Positions 25,950-36,100 of a DNA stretch of 64,000 nt are shown here, in pieces. A program made the position numbers and the translations under genes. The notes beneath the pieces were generated by a model. That model did no database searches. It worked only from the letters and a program-made list of their open reading frames with translations, and was not told the DNA's origin. The stretch is from an uncultured Clostridia bacterium (GTDB lineage Bacteria > Bacillota > Clostridia > TANB77 > CAG-508). The first letter of the stretch is position 1, and every line of letters begins with the position of its first letter. The stretch spans positions 5,457 through 69,456 of the forward strand of contig CAJFHE010000007.1 in NCBI GenBank assembly GCA_904378095.1, written 5' to 3'.

Positions 25950-28900
25950 ATGAAACTAAAAAAAATAGCTTTAATAATCATAATGTCATTATTTGCAGTT
26001 ATATTCATGAGTGCTTTTAACACATCAAATGCAGCAACAGGTAGTAAATTTCTTACAATAACGATGTTAAGAAGTAGAAATGGATATGGCTATAAGGCAA
26101 ATGAAAAAAATGTATGGAGAATTGTAGAAGCGGACAGTGCAGGAACGTTTAATTATGATAATACTATTTATTGTATTAAAGGTGGACCAGGATTTGGACC
26201 TAACGGATTCGACTCTACAGGTGATGGTAATGATCCAAGCAAAAAACCTTCTATAAGGGAATACACTAGGTATTTCGATATGAAGGATCCAAATTCAATA
26301 CCAAGCCCATATAAAGAAGTTTTACCAGACACGAATAGCGAGACTTACAAAGCATTATTATGGTTATTAGAAAATATATATGTTAGACCAGCAGAAAATG
26401 CAACACTTGAAGAAGAACAACAAGCAGAAGAGTTTAAAAATAAATTATTAAACGATGCTGGAATTTCAGATTCATATTTAACTGATGATGATATAGATGT
26501 GGTACAACAATTAGCAATATGGCATTTTACTAATGCTGGAGACGAGTATGATGTAGGAGAATTTTTACCATCTATATATGCTAATGCTACACCTGGCTCT
26601 AACTCGAATTATCAACCTTTAGGAGATAATAAAAATGATGGCTGGGAGAGAGATGAGCAAGCAAGACAATTGTACCAATATTTAATAGATACAGCAACAC
26701 AAAATGCTCCTACTTATGTGGTAAGTACAGCAAGTCAACCATATGAATTAGCTGATTTAACGCAAACAGTAAGAATCGAAGAAAATAGTTATATCATAGG
26801 ACCTTTTAGAATAAATAAAATAAGTGACACAAATGGAACGTTAGAAGGTAAATTTACAAATGGCACAGGTGAAGAATTAAATCCAACATTCCAAGACGCA
26901 TCAGGAAGCAGATTTAATAGCCTAGAAGATACAATAGGAAAAGATTTTTATATTGTGCTACCTAATACTACAAATATAGAAGAAATAACCTTTACTATAA
27001 GTGGAAGTTATTTTAAAACAAATATTAATTTCTGGTCAGTAGAGGGAGCACCAGAAGCAGACCAACCAGTAGTAATAATAGATAGAGAAAAAACAGATTA
27101 TAGTGACAGTACAAAATTTACATATGTAGAAGAAAACTTTGACTTAGCATTAAGAAAATTCATATCATCTATTACATCTGGAGCAACAGTGACAACACCA
27201 GACAATAGAGTTCCAACTATAAGCGATAAAGAAAAACAAGCATTAGCAGATGGAAGCAAAACAACAGCAGAGAAAATACATTCTAAAACACCATTAGTTG
27301 TAAGCACAGGAAATACTGTATTATATACAATAAGAGTGTATAATGAGGGAGATATAAATGGTATTGTAACAGAGATAACAGATTACTTACCAGATGGCCT
27401 TGCTTTAAAACAGGATAGTGATATAAATACTAAATATAGTTGGGTAGACAATGGAGACGGAACTGTTACAACGGATTACCTTTCAGGCACAGAAATTCCG
27501 GCTTTTGACGGAACAACATTAAGTTACCTTGATGTACAAATAGAGTGCGAGGTAACAGCAACTGTACAAGAGAATGATGTTAACCTAAAGAATATTGCAG
27601 AAATAACTGGAGCAACAGATTCAGAAGGCGAAGATATGACAGATAGAGATTCTACACCAGATAATGTTGATGTACCAGGATATGGCGATGAAAGCCAAGA
27701 AGATGACGATGACTTCGAAGACTTAGTAATCTTAGGTCAATACTTTGACTTGAGCTTAAGAAAATTCATTACACAAGTGAATAGTACAGAATTAAAAGAT
27801 GAAACTGGAAGATATTTAAGAGAGCCAGTAGTAGATGTAACACCACTTGCATCTGGAACGTCTACAACAGCAATATATAATCATCCAAAAGACCCTGTTG
27901 AAGTAGCAATAGGAGACGAAGTTATTTATACAATAAGAGTATATAATGAAGGTCAAATTGATGGTTATGTATATGAAATAACAGACTATTTACCTGCGAA
28001 CCTAGAATTTATAAATGATGATTTTAATGCATCTTATGGTTGGAAAGTAGGCGAAGATGGAAGAACTGTAACAACGGATATCACGTCACCAGACACACTT
28101 TATTCTGCAAGCAGAGATACAATCTATGAAAACAGAAAAGACGGAGCAGATAAAGTTATACTAGAAGCATTTAATGGAACAAATTTAGATTACATAGATG
28201 TAAAAATAAAATGTAGAGTAAAGGATACAGCTGTTGCAGAAGAAAAATTAACAAATATTACAGAAATAACAGAATACAAAGATTCAAACAAAGAAGATGT
28301 AACAGATAGAGATTCAACAAAGGATAATATTACTTTACCATCAGATGATACACTTCCAAACTATAAAGATGACGAAATAAATAGAGGAGACGAATACATA
28401 CCAGGACAAGAAGATGATGATGACTTTGATAAAGTCGTAATAGAAAAATTCGATTTGGCATTAAGGAAATTTATTACAGGTGTAAACGAGCAAGTTATAA
28501 CAGATAGAGAGCCAGTATTTAGCATAGTAGATGGAGAATATGTATATAATCATACAAAAGAGCCAGTAGAAGTTGCTACAGGAGACACAGTAATATATAC
28601 AATTAGAGTATATAATGAGGGAGATATTGCAGGCTATGCAGAAGAGGTAAAAGATGATTTACCAGAAGGCTTAGAGTTCTTACCAGACAATACAACAAAT
28701 ATCAACTATAGGTGGGTAATGTATGATGCAGAAGGAAATGTTACAGAAAATGTAGCAGATGCAGAAACAATAAGAACAGATTATTTATCAAAAGCACAAG
28801 AAGATGAGACAGGAAGAGACAATTTGATAGAGGCATTTGACCCAGACACAATGGCAGAGCCAGATTATAAAGAAGTAAGAATAGCGTTTAAAGTAACAGA

Positions 28901-30269
28901 GCCAAATACATCGGACAGAATTTTAATAAATACGGCTGAAATTTCTGAAGATGCAAACGAAGATGGAGAGCCAGTAGATGATATAGACTCAACTCCAGAT
29001 AATGATGAAGATGGAGAAGATGATATCGATATAGAAAAAGTTAAAGTAAATTACTTTGACTTGGCATTAAGAAAATTCATTACAGGTGTAAATGATGAAG
29101 CTATAACAAATAGAGTTCCAGTATTTAGCATAGAAGATGGCAAGTATGTGTACACACATACAAAAGAGCCAGTAGAAGTTGCTACAGGGGACACAGTAAT
29201 ATATACATTAAGAATATACAATGAGGGACCAATCGCAGGCTATGCAGAAGAAGTAAAGGATGATTTGCCAGAAGGCTTAGAGTTCTTACCAGACAACGAG
29301 ATAAATACAGAATACAGATGGGTAATGTATGATGCAGAAGGAAATGTTACAGAAAATGTAGCAGATGCAGAAACAATAAGAACAGATTATTTATCAAAAG
29401 CTCAAGCAGATGAAACAGGAAGAGACAACTTAATTCAAGGCTTCGATACAGAGACAATGACACAACCTGACTACAAAGATTTGCAAATTGCATTTAAAGT
29501 AACAGAGCCAAATACATCAGATAGAATTTTAATAAATACAGCAGAAGTATCTGATGACTCAAATGAAAATGGAGATCCAGTAGATGATATAGATTCAACT
29601 CCAGATAATGATGAAGATGGAGAAGATGATATTGATATAGAAAAAGTTAAAGTAACATACTTTGACTTAGCATTAAAGAAAATTATTTCTAAAGTTACAA
29701 TGACACTAGACGGAGAAACCACTGTTGAAGAAACAGGACATTCATTTGAAGATGACCCAGAAGAAGTTGTAAAAATAGAATTAGGAAATCATAAAATAGA
29801 GGACTCAGTAATAAAATTCACATATCAAATTCGTATAACAAACGAAGGCAATAAAGCAGGATATGCATATGAAGTAAAAGACTATATACCAGAGGGATTA
29901 GAGTTTGTTGCAGAAGACAATAACGAGCATTGGACATTATCAGAAGATGGAAAAACAGTAACAACTGACGAATTAGCAGATACATTATTACAACCTGGAG
30001 AAAGTGCTGTAGTAGAAATCACATTAAGATGGATAAACGGACAAACAAATCTAGGTGTAAAAACAAACTGGGCAGAGATTTCAGAAGACAGTGATGATGA
30101 TATAGATTCAACTCCTGATAATAATACACCAGGAGAGGATGACATTGATGATGCATCAGTAGTTCTATCAATCGTAACAGGTATTGGAGAGCACTATTTA
30201 GGAGTAATTACAGCAGTACTTGTAATATTAGCTGGAGGAATAATATTAATTAAGAAATTTGTGCTATAA
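25950..30269 (+). CDS. giant surface adhesin: predicted thioester (TED/TQXA-like) head, five DUF11-type repeat modules, C-terminal TM anchor
   Basis: Signal peptide. TIYCIKGG (Cys codon 26172-26174) and VVQQLAIWHFTN (Gln codons 26505-26510). Five modules start FDLALRKFI...GDTVIYTIRVYNEG...DIDSTPDN. Tail is SIVTG + hydrophobic stretch + KK. The track ORF starts at 25938; ATG 25950 is better placed. Confidence 0.6.
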   Translation: MKLKKIALIIIMSLFAVIFMSAFNTSNAATGSKFLTITMLRSRNGYGYKANEKNVWRIVEADSAGTFNYDNTIYCIKGGPGFGPNGFDSTGDGNDPSKKPSIREYTRYFDMKDPNSIPSPYKEVLPDTNSETYKALLWLLENIYVRPAENATLEEEQQAEEFKNKLLNDAGISDSYLTDDDIDVVQQLAIWHFTNAGDEYDVGEFLPSIYANATPGSNSNYQPLGDNKNDGWERDEQARQLYQYLIDTATQNAPTYVVSTASQPYELADLTQTVRIEENSYIIGPFRINKISDTNGTLEGKFTNGTGEELNPTFQDASGSRFNSLEDTIGKDFYIVLPNTTNIEEITFTISGSYFKTNINFWSVEGAPEADQPVVIIDREKTDYSDSTKFTYVEENFDLALRKFISSITSGATVTTPDNRVPTISDKEKQALADGSKTTAEKIHSKTPLVVSTGNTVLYTIRVYNEGDINGIVTEITDYLPDGLALKQDSDINTKYSWVDNGDGTVTTDYLSGTEIPAFDGTTLSYLDVQIECEVTATVQENDVNLKNIAEITGATDSEGEDMTDRDSTPDNVDVPGYGDESQEDDDDFEDLVILGQYFDLSLRKFITQVNSTELKDETGRYLREPVVDVTPLASGTSTTAIYNHPKDPVEVAIGDEVIYTIRVYNEGQIDGYVYEITDYLPANLEFINDDFNASYGWKVGEDGRTVTTDITSPDTLYSASRDTIYENRKDGADKVILEAFNGTNLDYIDVKIKCRVKDTAVAEEKLTNITEITEYKDSNKEDVTDRDSTKDNITLPSDDTLPNYKDDEINRGDEYIPGQEDDDDFDKVVIEKFDLALRKFITGVNEQVITDREPVFSIVDGEYVYNHTKEPVEVATGDTVIYTIRVYNEGDIAGYAEEVKDDLPEGLEFLPDNTTNINYRWVMYDAEGNVTENVADAETIRTDYLSKAQEDETGRDNLIEAFDPDTMAEPDYKEVRIAFKVTEPNTSDRILINTAEISEDANEDGEPVDDIDSTPDNDEDGEDDIDIEKVKVNYFDLALRKFITGVNDEAITNRVPVFSIEDGKYVYTHTKEPVEVATGDTVIYTLRIYNEGPIAGYAEEVKDDLPEGLEFLPDNEINTEYRWVMYDAEGNVTENVADAETIRTDYLSKAQADETGRDNLIQGFDTETMTQPDYKDLQIAFKVTEPNTSDRILINTAEVSDDSNENGDPVDDIDSTPDNDEDGEDDIDIEKVKVTYFDLALKKIISKVTMTLDGETTVEETGHSFEDDPEEVVKIELGNHKIEDSVIKFTYQIRITNEGNKAGYAYEVKDYIPEGLEFVAEDNNEHWTLSEDGKTVTTDELADTLLQPGESAVVEITLRWINGQTNLGVKTNWAEISEDSDDDIDSTPDNNTPGEDDIDDASVVLSIVTGIGEHYLGVITAVLVILAGGIILIKKFVL
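27138..29660 (+). repeat. tandem coding repeats of about 606 bp (module starts 27138, 27744, 28449, 29055)
   Basis: TTTGACTT(A/G)GC module starts. Units 28449-29054 and 29055-29660 are near-identical at DNA level, by eye. Confidence 0.8.
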
Positions 30270-30287
30270 TAAAATAAACTAAAACAC

Positions 30288-30311
30288 GGGGACGGATTAA
30301 AATCCGTCCCC
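30288..30311 (+). terminator. hairpin after the adhesin gene
   Basis: GGGGACGGAT-TAAA-ATCCGTCCCC. Shares the GGGGACGG core with F1. Confidence 0.5.
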
Positions 30312-30376
30312 AAACTTTCACTTGAAATTTTTGTGTCTTTAGGAGCATCTCTTTTGTCCAATTTTAAAAATAAATG

Positions 30377-30405
30377 TTTACAATGAAAAAACCGTATGGT
30401 ATAAT
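30377..30405 (+). promoter_or_regulatory. promoter for the 30430-33092 operon
   Basis: TTTACA, 17-nt spacer, TATAAT (with upstream TG). Confidence 0.5.
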
Positions 30406-30429
30406 TTCAATTGTAATGGAGGAAATTTA

Positions 30430-31368
30430 ATGAATCAAATATTAGCAATTGATAATAAGAAAAAGAATAAAAAAGTTAAGAGAAGCTCTACAAATATAGA
30501 GATAAAGAATATAGTAATGTTTTTTGCAATAGCTATTATTGTATTTGGACTATTTTTAATAGGTCATAGCTCATATGCAATATACGTAGATGCAAGAGGA
30601 AATAGTACAGAAAATTTACCAACCATAAATATATCTAGAGTAAATGACACATTAATAGTTGAAGTGCAAAGTGTAAATGTAATAGAAAGATTTAAATATA
30701 ATTGGCAAAACTCAGAGCAGAGGTCGATTCCAGAATCATCAAATAATTTTCAAGAAGAAATTACGCTGCCAAGTAGTAACAATGTTCTAACAATTATATT
30801 AGAAGACGAAACTGGTAGAGCGGTAACTTATACCAAAGAAATAATACTAGATGGAATTGATATAGTAAAACCAACAATAAGTATAGACAAGCAGTCAGCT
30901 GGAGTAAGAGTAGAAGCTGTAGATGAAACTGCAATTGATTATATAATATATAGAATAGATGACGGAGAAGAAATTAGAGTAGATAAAAACAATGAAAATG
31001 ATACAAGCATTCAATATGCTATAACAGATATAGGTAGAGGAGAGCATACAATATATGTAACAGCGGTTGACCAGGCTGGAAATACAAGTACAGCAGAGCA
31101 AGCAATAATTGTATCATCAGCAACACCAGAAATTACAGAATTAAATATTGATAGAGAAAATGGATTATTAATAATAGGAGTATCTGATGTTGATGGAATT
31201 CAATCAATTGAGGTAAACTTAAATGGCTCTGTTCACTTTATGGATGATATAAATTTGACAGAAGCAAGATTCTCTTTAAGTTTAGTTGATGGAACAAATA
31301 CAATAAGTATAAAAATTACAAATGTTAATGGATTAACAGCAGAAGGAGCAACGGAATTTGAATATTAA
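30430..31368 (+). CDS. type II membrane protein with bacterial Ig-like domains
   Basis: N-terminal TM (IVMFFAIAIIVFGLFLIG). Repeated beta-rich units such as VKPTISID... and HTIYVTAVDQAGNTS. Confidence 0.45.
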   Translation: MNQILAIDNKKKNKKVKRSSTNIEIKNIVMFFAIAIIVFGLFLIGHSSYAIYVDARGNSTENLPTINISRVNDTLIVEVQSVNVIERFKYNWQNSEQRSIPESSNNFQEEITLPSSNNVLTIILEDETGRAVTYTKEIILDGIDIVKPTISIDKQSAGVRVEAVDETAIDYIIYRIDDGEEIRVDKNNENDTSIQYAITDIGRGEHTIYVTAVDQAGNTSTAEQAIIVSSATPEITELNIDRENGLLIIGVSDVDGIQSIEVNLNGSVHFMDDINLTEARFSLSLVDGTNTISIKITNVNGLTAEGATEFEY

Positions 31369-32149
31369 CGATAAAATAATATTTTACTTTATTCTATATT
31401 CATTTTTAGGCTGGTGCTTAGAGTCAATATATAAATCAATTTTGCAAAAGAAAACTGTGAATAGCGGTTTTCTTTATGGACCCTTTTGCCCAATGTATGG
31501 AATTGGAGCAATAATGATGATTGCATTAAGCAGCATATCTAAAAATGTAGTAGTAATATTTATATTAGGTTTTCTCGTATTTTCAATATGGGAATACATT
31601 GTAGCAGTGATATTAGAAAAACTATTTAAAACAAAATATTGGGATTACTCAAATATAAAATTTAACATAAAAGGAAGGGTTTGTTTAAAAAACTCTATAT
31701 ATTGGGGGATATTAGGAGTATTATTAATATTTGTAATCCAGCCATTGATAGAAAGGCTTACAAATTTAATACCGGCAGATATATTGCGATATATAGATAT
31801 AATTTTGTGTATAGCGATTGCTATAGATGCAATAATTACTATATTCAAAATAATGGTTATAGACAAGAAGATTACAGAAGTATTTAGATTAGGAGAAACA
31901 ATTAAAGAAAAGTTGGCTGAATTAAGAAAAACAGAGAACATAGAGAAATCATATAAAGAAAATCTACAAAAAATTATAGATGAATTAAAAATGAAACAAA
32001 CTAACTTAAAATTTAAATTATATAAAAGAATTCTGAGATTAAAAAAATCATTTCCAGAAATGCATTCTGAGAATATAGCTAAATTTATGACACAAAAGAT
32101 TTCTTTAGATGATTTAAAGAAAAAAATAAAAGAGTACAAGGAGAAATAA
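31358..32149 (+). CDS. polytopic membrane protein (DUF1113 / putative ABC-transporter type IV-like) with coiled-coil tail
   Basis: LGWCLESIYKS...GFLYGPFCPMYGIGA pattern. About 5 TMs. K/E-rich C-terminus. Confidence 0.4.
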   Translation: MNINDKIIFYFILYSFLGWCLESIYKSILQKKTVNSGFLYGPFCPMYGIGAIMMIALSSISKNVVVIFILGFLVFSIWEYIVAVILEKLFKTKYWDYSNIKFNIKGRVCLKNSIYWGILGVLLIFVIQPLIERLTNLIPADILRYIDIILCIAIAIDAIITIFKIMVIDKKITEVFRLGETIKEKLAELRKTENIEKSYKENLQKIIDELKMKQTNLKFKLYKRILRLKKSFPEMHSENIAKFMTQKISLDDLKKKIKEYKEK

Positions 32150-32153
32150 TGTT

Positions 32154-33092
32154 ATGGCACAAGAAGTATATATTATTGATAATGATGATGAATTGAAACA
32201 TATTATTTTTAATTTATTTAAAGAAGAAAACGATTATAAAGTTAAGTTAAAAAAAGTAAATACAGAAAACATTGATGTGGCATTAAAAAACATACCTTCA
32301 CTTATCATTATAAATGAAGACACTATTGATGAAGATATTATTGAAGTATGTAAGAGAATAAGACTTAATGAAGATAATAGCATTACACCAATAATAGTAA
32401 TATCATCTAACATAGAGAAAGAGCACAGAATAGAGGTCTTAAAAGAATGTGTAGAGCATTATATAAAAGTACCAATAGATAAAGAGTATTTATTTTACAC
32501 AATAAAAAATATAATAAGATTATTGGATACTAACAGAAGAGTTAGCCCTCTTACAGGGCTTCCAGGGAATGTACAAATTCAAGCAGAAATGAAAAAAAGG
32601 TTATTAAACAAAGAAAATTTTGTAATGCTTTATTTAGATTTAGATAATTTTAAAGCATATAATGATGTATATGGCTTCTTAAACGGAGATGAAATTATTA
32701 AATTTACAGCAAGAACTATATCAAATAATATAGACAAGTTGTCAGAAAGTGGTAATACTTTTATTGGACATATTGGAGGAGATGATTTTGTAGCAATTGT
32801 TTCAGAAGAAGATGATTATGAATCAATATGTCAAAATATAATTGCAGAATTTGATAAGGGAGTTGTTAAGTATTTTAATGAAACAGATGTAAAGAAAGGA
32901 TATTTAGAAGTACCAAATAGAAAAGGAGTAATAGAGCAATTTCCACTTACTTCAATTTCAATTGGAGTGGTAGTTGCACATAAATCAAGATTTCATAATG
33001 TACTTGAAATAGGAGAAGTAGGAGCGCAAGTAAAACATTTGGCAAAAACAACAATGGGAAGCGCATACTCAGTTGATAGAAGACAAAATTGA
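32154..33092 (+). CDS. receiver-like domain fused to GGDEF-family domain (GGDDF variant)
   Basis: PLTGLPGN...LYLDLDNFKAYND...IGHIGGDDFVAIV. In the receiver the expected phospho-acceptor position reads LIIINEDT (Asn, not Asp). Confidence 0.7.
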   Translation: MAQEVYIIDNDDELKHIIFNLFKEENDYKVKLKKVNTENIDVALKNIPSLIIINEDTIDEDIIEVCKRIRLNEDNSITPIIVISSNIEKEHRIEVLKECVEHYIKVPIDKEYLFYTIKNIIRLLDTNRRVSPLTGLPGNVQIQAEMKKRLLNKENFVMLYLDLDNFKAYNDVYGFLNGDEIIKFTARTISNNIDKLSESGNTFIGHIGGDDFVAIVSEEDDYESICQNIIAEFDKGVVKYFNETDVKKGYLEVPNRKGVIEQFPLTSISIGVVVAHKSRFHNVLEIGEVGAQVKHLAKTTMGSAYSVDRRQN

Positions 33093-33166
33093 GAAATAAG
33101 GGGACTGTTCTTTTGTTCCAGAAATGAAACAGGGGGACAGTCCTTGAAATAAAAGGGGAGAAAAAA

Positions 33167-36100
33167 ATGAAGAAAAGAGTTGTAAAAGCGTTACTATTAT
33201 TAGTATTGGTAGTAATAATTATTATTGCTATTGTGAATACATACAAATGGATTGTTTGTGGAAATCAGTATATACAAATAAGTACTGCTGGTAAAGCATA
33301 TGCAAATAGCAATTTGTATGTTTCTGTTAATGCACAAGAAAATCGAGTAGACTTAGAAACAAAAACAAAATTAAAGCTTTTGGATTCAGATGGAAAAAGG
33401 GTAAAAAATGCTGAAGTTTCATATGATGGAAGTAATGCTGTAATAAGTATTCCAGACGTCGAAGCAGGAAATTATTTTATAGAAGCAAAAGTTTCTAGCG
33501 AAGCGGGCGTAGATACAGTTGAAAAGGAAATATATATTGCTGATGCTAACCAAGAGAATATTACAATAACATTTGATAAAGGAATATATAAATCTGGAGA
33601 TGAAGTGAATTTTAGAGCATTAATTACCAACAAAAACGATGACACACCTGTACAAAGAGAAGCCAATATTTGCATTTATGATGGAAATGATAATAAAGTA
33701 TATGATGAAACAGTAAATGCTTCCGAATATGGAATTACGAGCGGAACTTTTACATTGGCAGATGAGGTAAATAGTGGAATTTACAAGTTGGTTGTAAAAA
33801 CTAACATGGCAGAAACAACAAAACAGTTTAAGGTAAATCCATATGTAACTCCAAAATATGAGGTACAAATAGATTTTGACAAAGACAGCTATTTAGTTGG
33901 TGATACAGCCAAAATCAACCTTAATGCTGAATATTTTTTTGGTGAGCCTGTTTCAAATGCAAATTATACAGTGTATGTAAATAATACGAAGATTCAAGAT
34001 ATTGTAGCAGATGCAGATGGTAGAGCTAGTGTGGATTATAAGGTAGAAACAGCAGGAAAATATTCTGTAAAAGTAGAGGCAACAGATTCATCTAACTTTT
34101 TTGTTGAAGAAACAGGTAATTTCGCAGCAGGTACAGATATTTTTGAAGTAGAGCTACAGCCAGAGTACAACAACCTTATCTCAGGTAGACAAAATAATGT
34201 GTATGTATTTACTTCTGATGCTGAAGGAAACCCGGTAAAAACATATGTAACTATTTTCTCAAATGATTTTACAAAACAAATTGCAACTGATGAAAATGGT
34301 ATAGGAATGTTTACAATAGATATTGAAGCCACACAAAATAGTGGTAGGACTAATTATCAAGATTCTAAAATATTTACAATAGTTGCACAAAACATGGAAG
34401 GTGAGACTGTTCAAAAAAGTGCACGTTTATCAATTGAAACAAGTGATTTGCTAATTTCTACAAACAAAGTTAAATATAACCAAGGAGAAGATATTAATAT
34501 AAATCTTTCTTCTGTAGTTGAGAATACAAAAAATATCTATTTTTTTAAGAATGACAAATTAATTAAAATGCTTACTACAGATTCTTCTGATTCTACAGTT
34601 AATTTTGGAGATATATATGGCTTAATTGATATATATGTATCTGCAGATTCATCAGCAACAAGATATGATGAAGATAATTTATATAAAAGAACAATATTTA
34701 TTAAACCAGAAAAGAAATTAAATATATCTATTAATACTGACAAGCAAGAATATGCACCAGGTGATAATATATCAATCTCTTTTGCAACTACAGACGAAAA
34801 TAATAACAGTGTAGATAGTGCATTACTTGTAAGCATGCTAGATAATTCTGTATTGAATTTGGCAGATAATGATCTTTCTATTGATAATATAAAACTGGCT
34901 TTATCTGATATAGTATTTTCAGATGAGTTTGATGCAGCCACATTATACTCATGCATTATAGATGATGCATCAGAGCAAACATTAACGGGACTATTACTAA
35001 AGCAAAGTGACAGAGATGCAAACATATCAGAAACAGGCATATATAATGTTGAAGAAGAAGGAAACGCTGCTAAAATTGCGATAATTCTTTGGATTAGTAT
35101 AGCAATTATCATCATTATAGTTTTATGCGTTAAATTACCTAAATTTAGAGAGGCAATGCTACACTTTTTAAATTGTACAATATATGTAATAGTAGTTACA
35201 ATATTGGTGATGTCAGTGTTAGATGAGATAGCATGGAGTCTGCTGTATGATTTTGCAGCAGGAATTATGATTGCTGTACTCATAGTTACTGCAATAACAT
35301 ATGTGATTTGGGTTTCGAAATTAGACAAAAAGATTACTAGAACTTCAGTTTCATTATTAATAACGTCAATTATTTTTATGTTAGCAATATTCCTAATCGA
35401 AGAGTTTGATATAAATATTGTAATATTATTACTAATACTTGTGTTAATAGTCCTAATTCTAGTAATATTATCAAAAGTAAGTGAAACTAAAAATTTAAAA
35501 ATAAATAAATACATGAGAAAAATCGGAAAAGAAGTTATATATATTTGCAAATTTATAAGTGCATTAGCAATTTCACTGTTTGTAGGAATTATTATAGAGC
35601 GTATAATTGACATTTATTTAACAGGAATACCTATAGCAATAGTAGGAACATATTTCTTAAATTACTTATTTAACAAATTAGGAAAAGAAGAACAAACAGA
35701 TGACAGCCAACAATTTATGAATAAAAGAACTTACAGCTTTTATATATTGTGCGTATTAGCATGTATTGGAGCAGTTACAATCTGTTATTTTGTAATAAGC
35801 GAGTTAAGCAATAGCACTATGAGTAGTGTAGATATGTCGGGACCTTCAAGTTATGAAGGAGATATAGCTGACGGATTCTTTGGTACGACGGATACACAAT
35901 CAATTACAGGCTCTGGAGGCATATCTTCTATACTTGAAGGGGCACAAGATTTCTTATCAGGTAGAGATGAAAATACTATAACAGAAAGTACAGAAGAAGA
36001 AACAAGCACACCAACTGTAGAAACTGTTGTTGATGACAATATAAGAAATGTATTCTTAGAGAGTATGTGCTTTGTACCAGAATTGGTAACAAGTAATGGA

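Noticed and set aside
33093-33166. Possible c-di-GMP riboswitch between the GGDEF gene and the A2M gene
   Set aside because: The spacer is only 74 nt. It contains a GGACTGT/ACAGTCC hairpin and a repeated GAAATAA(A)GGGGA, but nothing resembling GEMM-I/II conserved cores.
34537-35613. 358-aa ORF on the minus strand
   Set aside because: It lies exactly antisense to the hydrophobic, AT-rich membrane block of the A2M gene. Its I/F/N-rich low-complexity product mirrors the sense codons. It has no RBS or independent signals, so it is most likely an antisense artefact.
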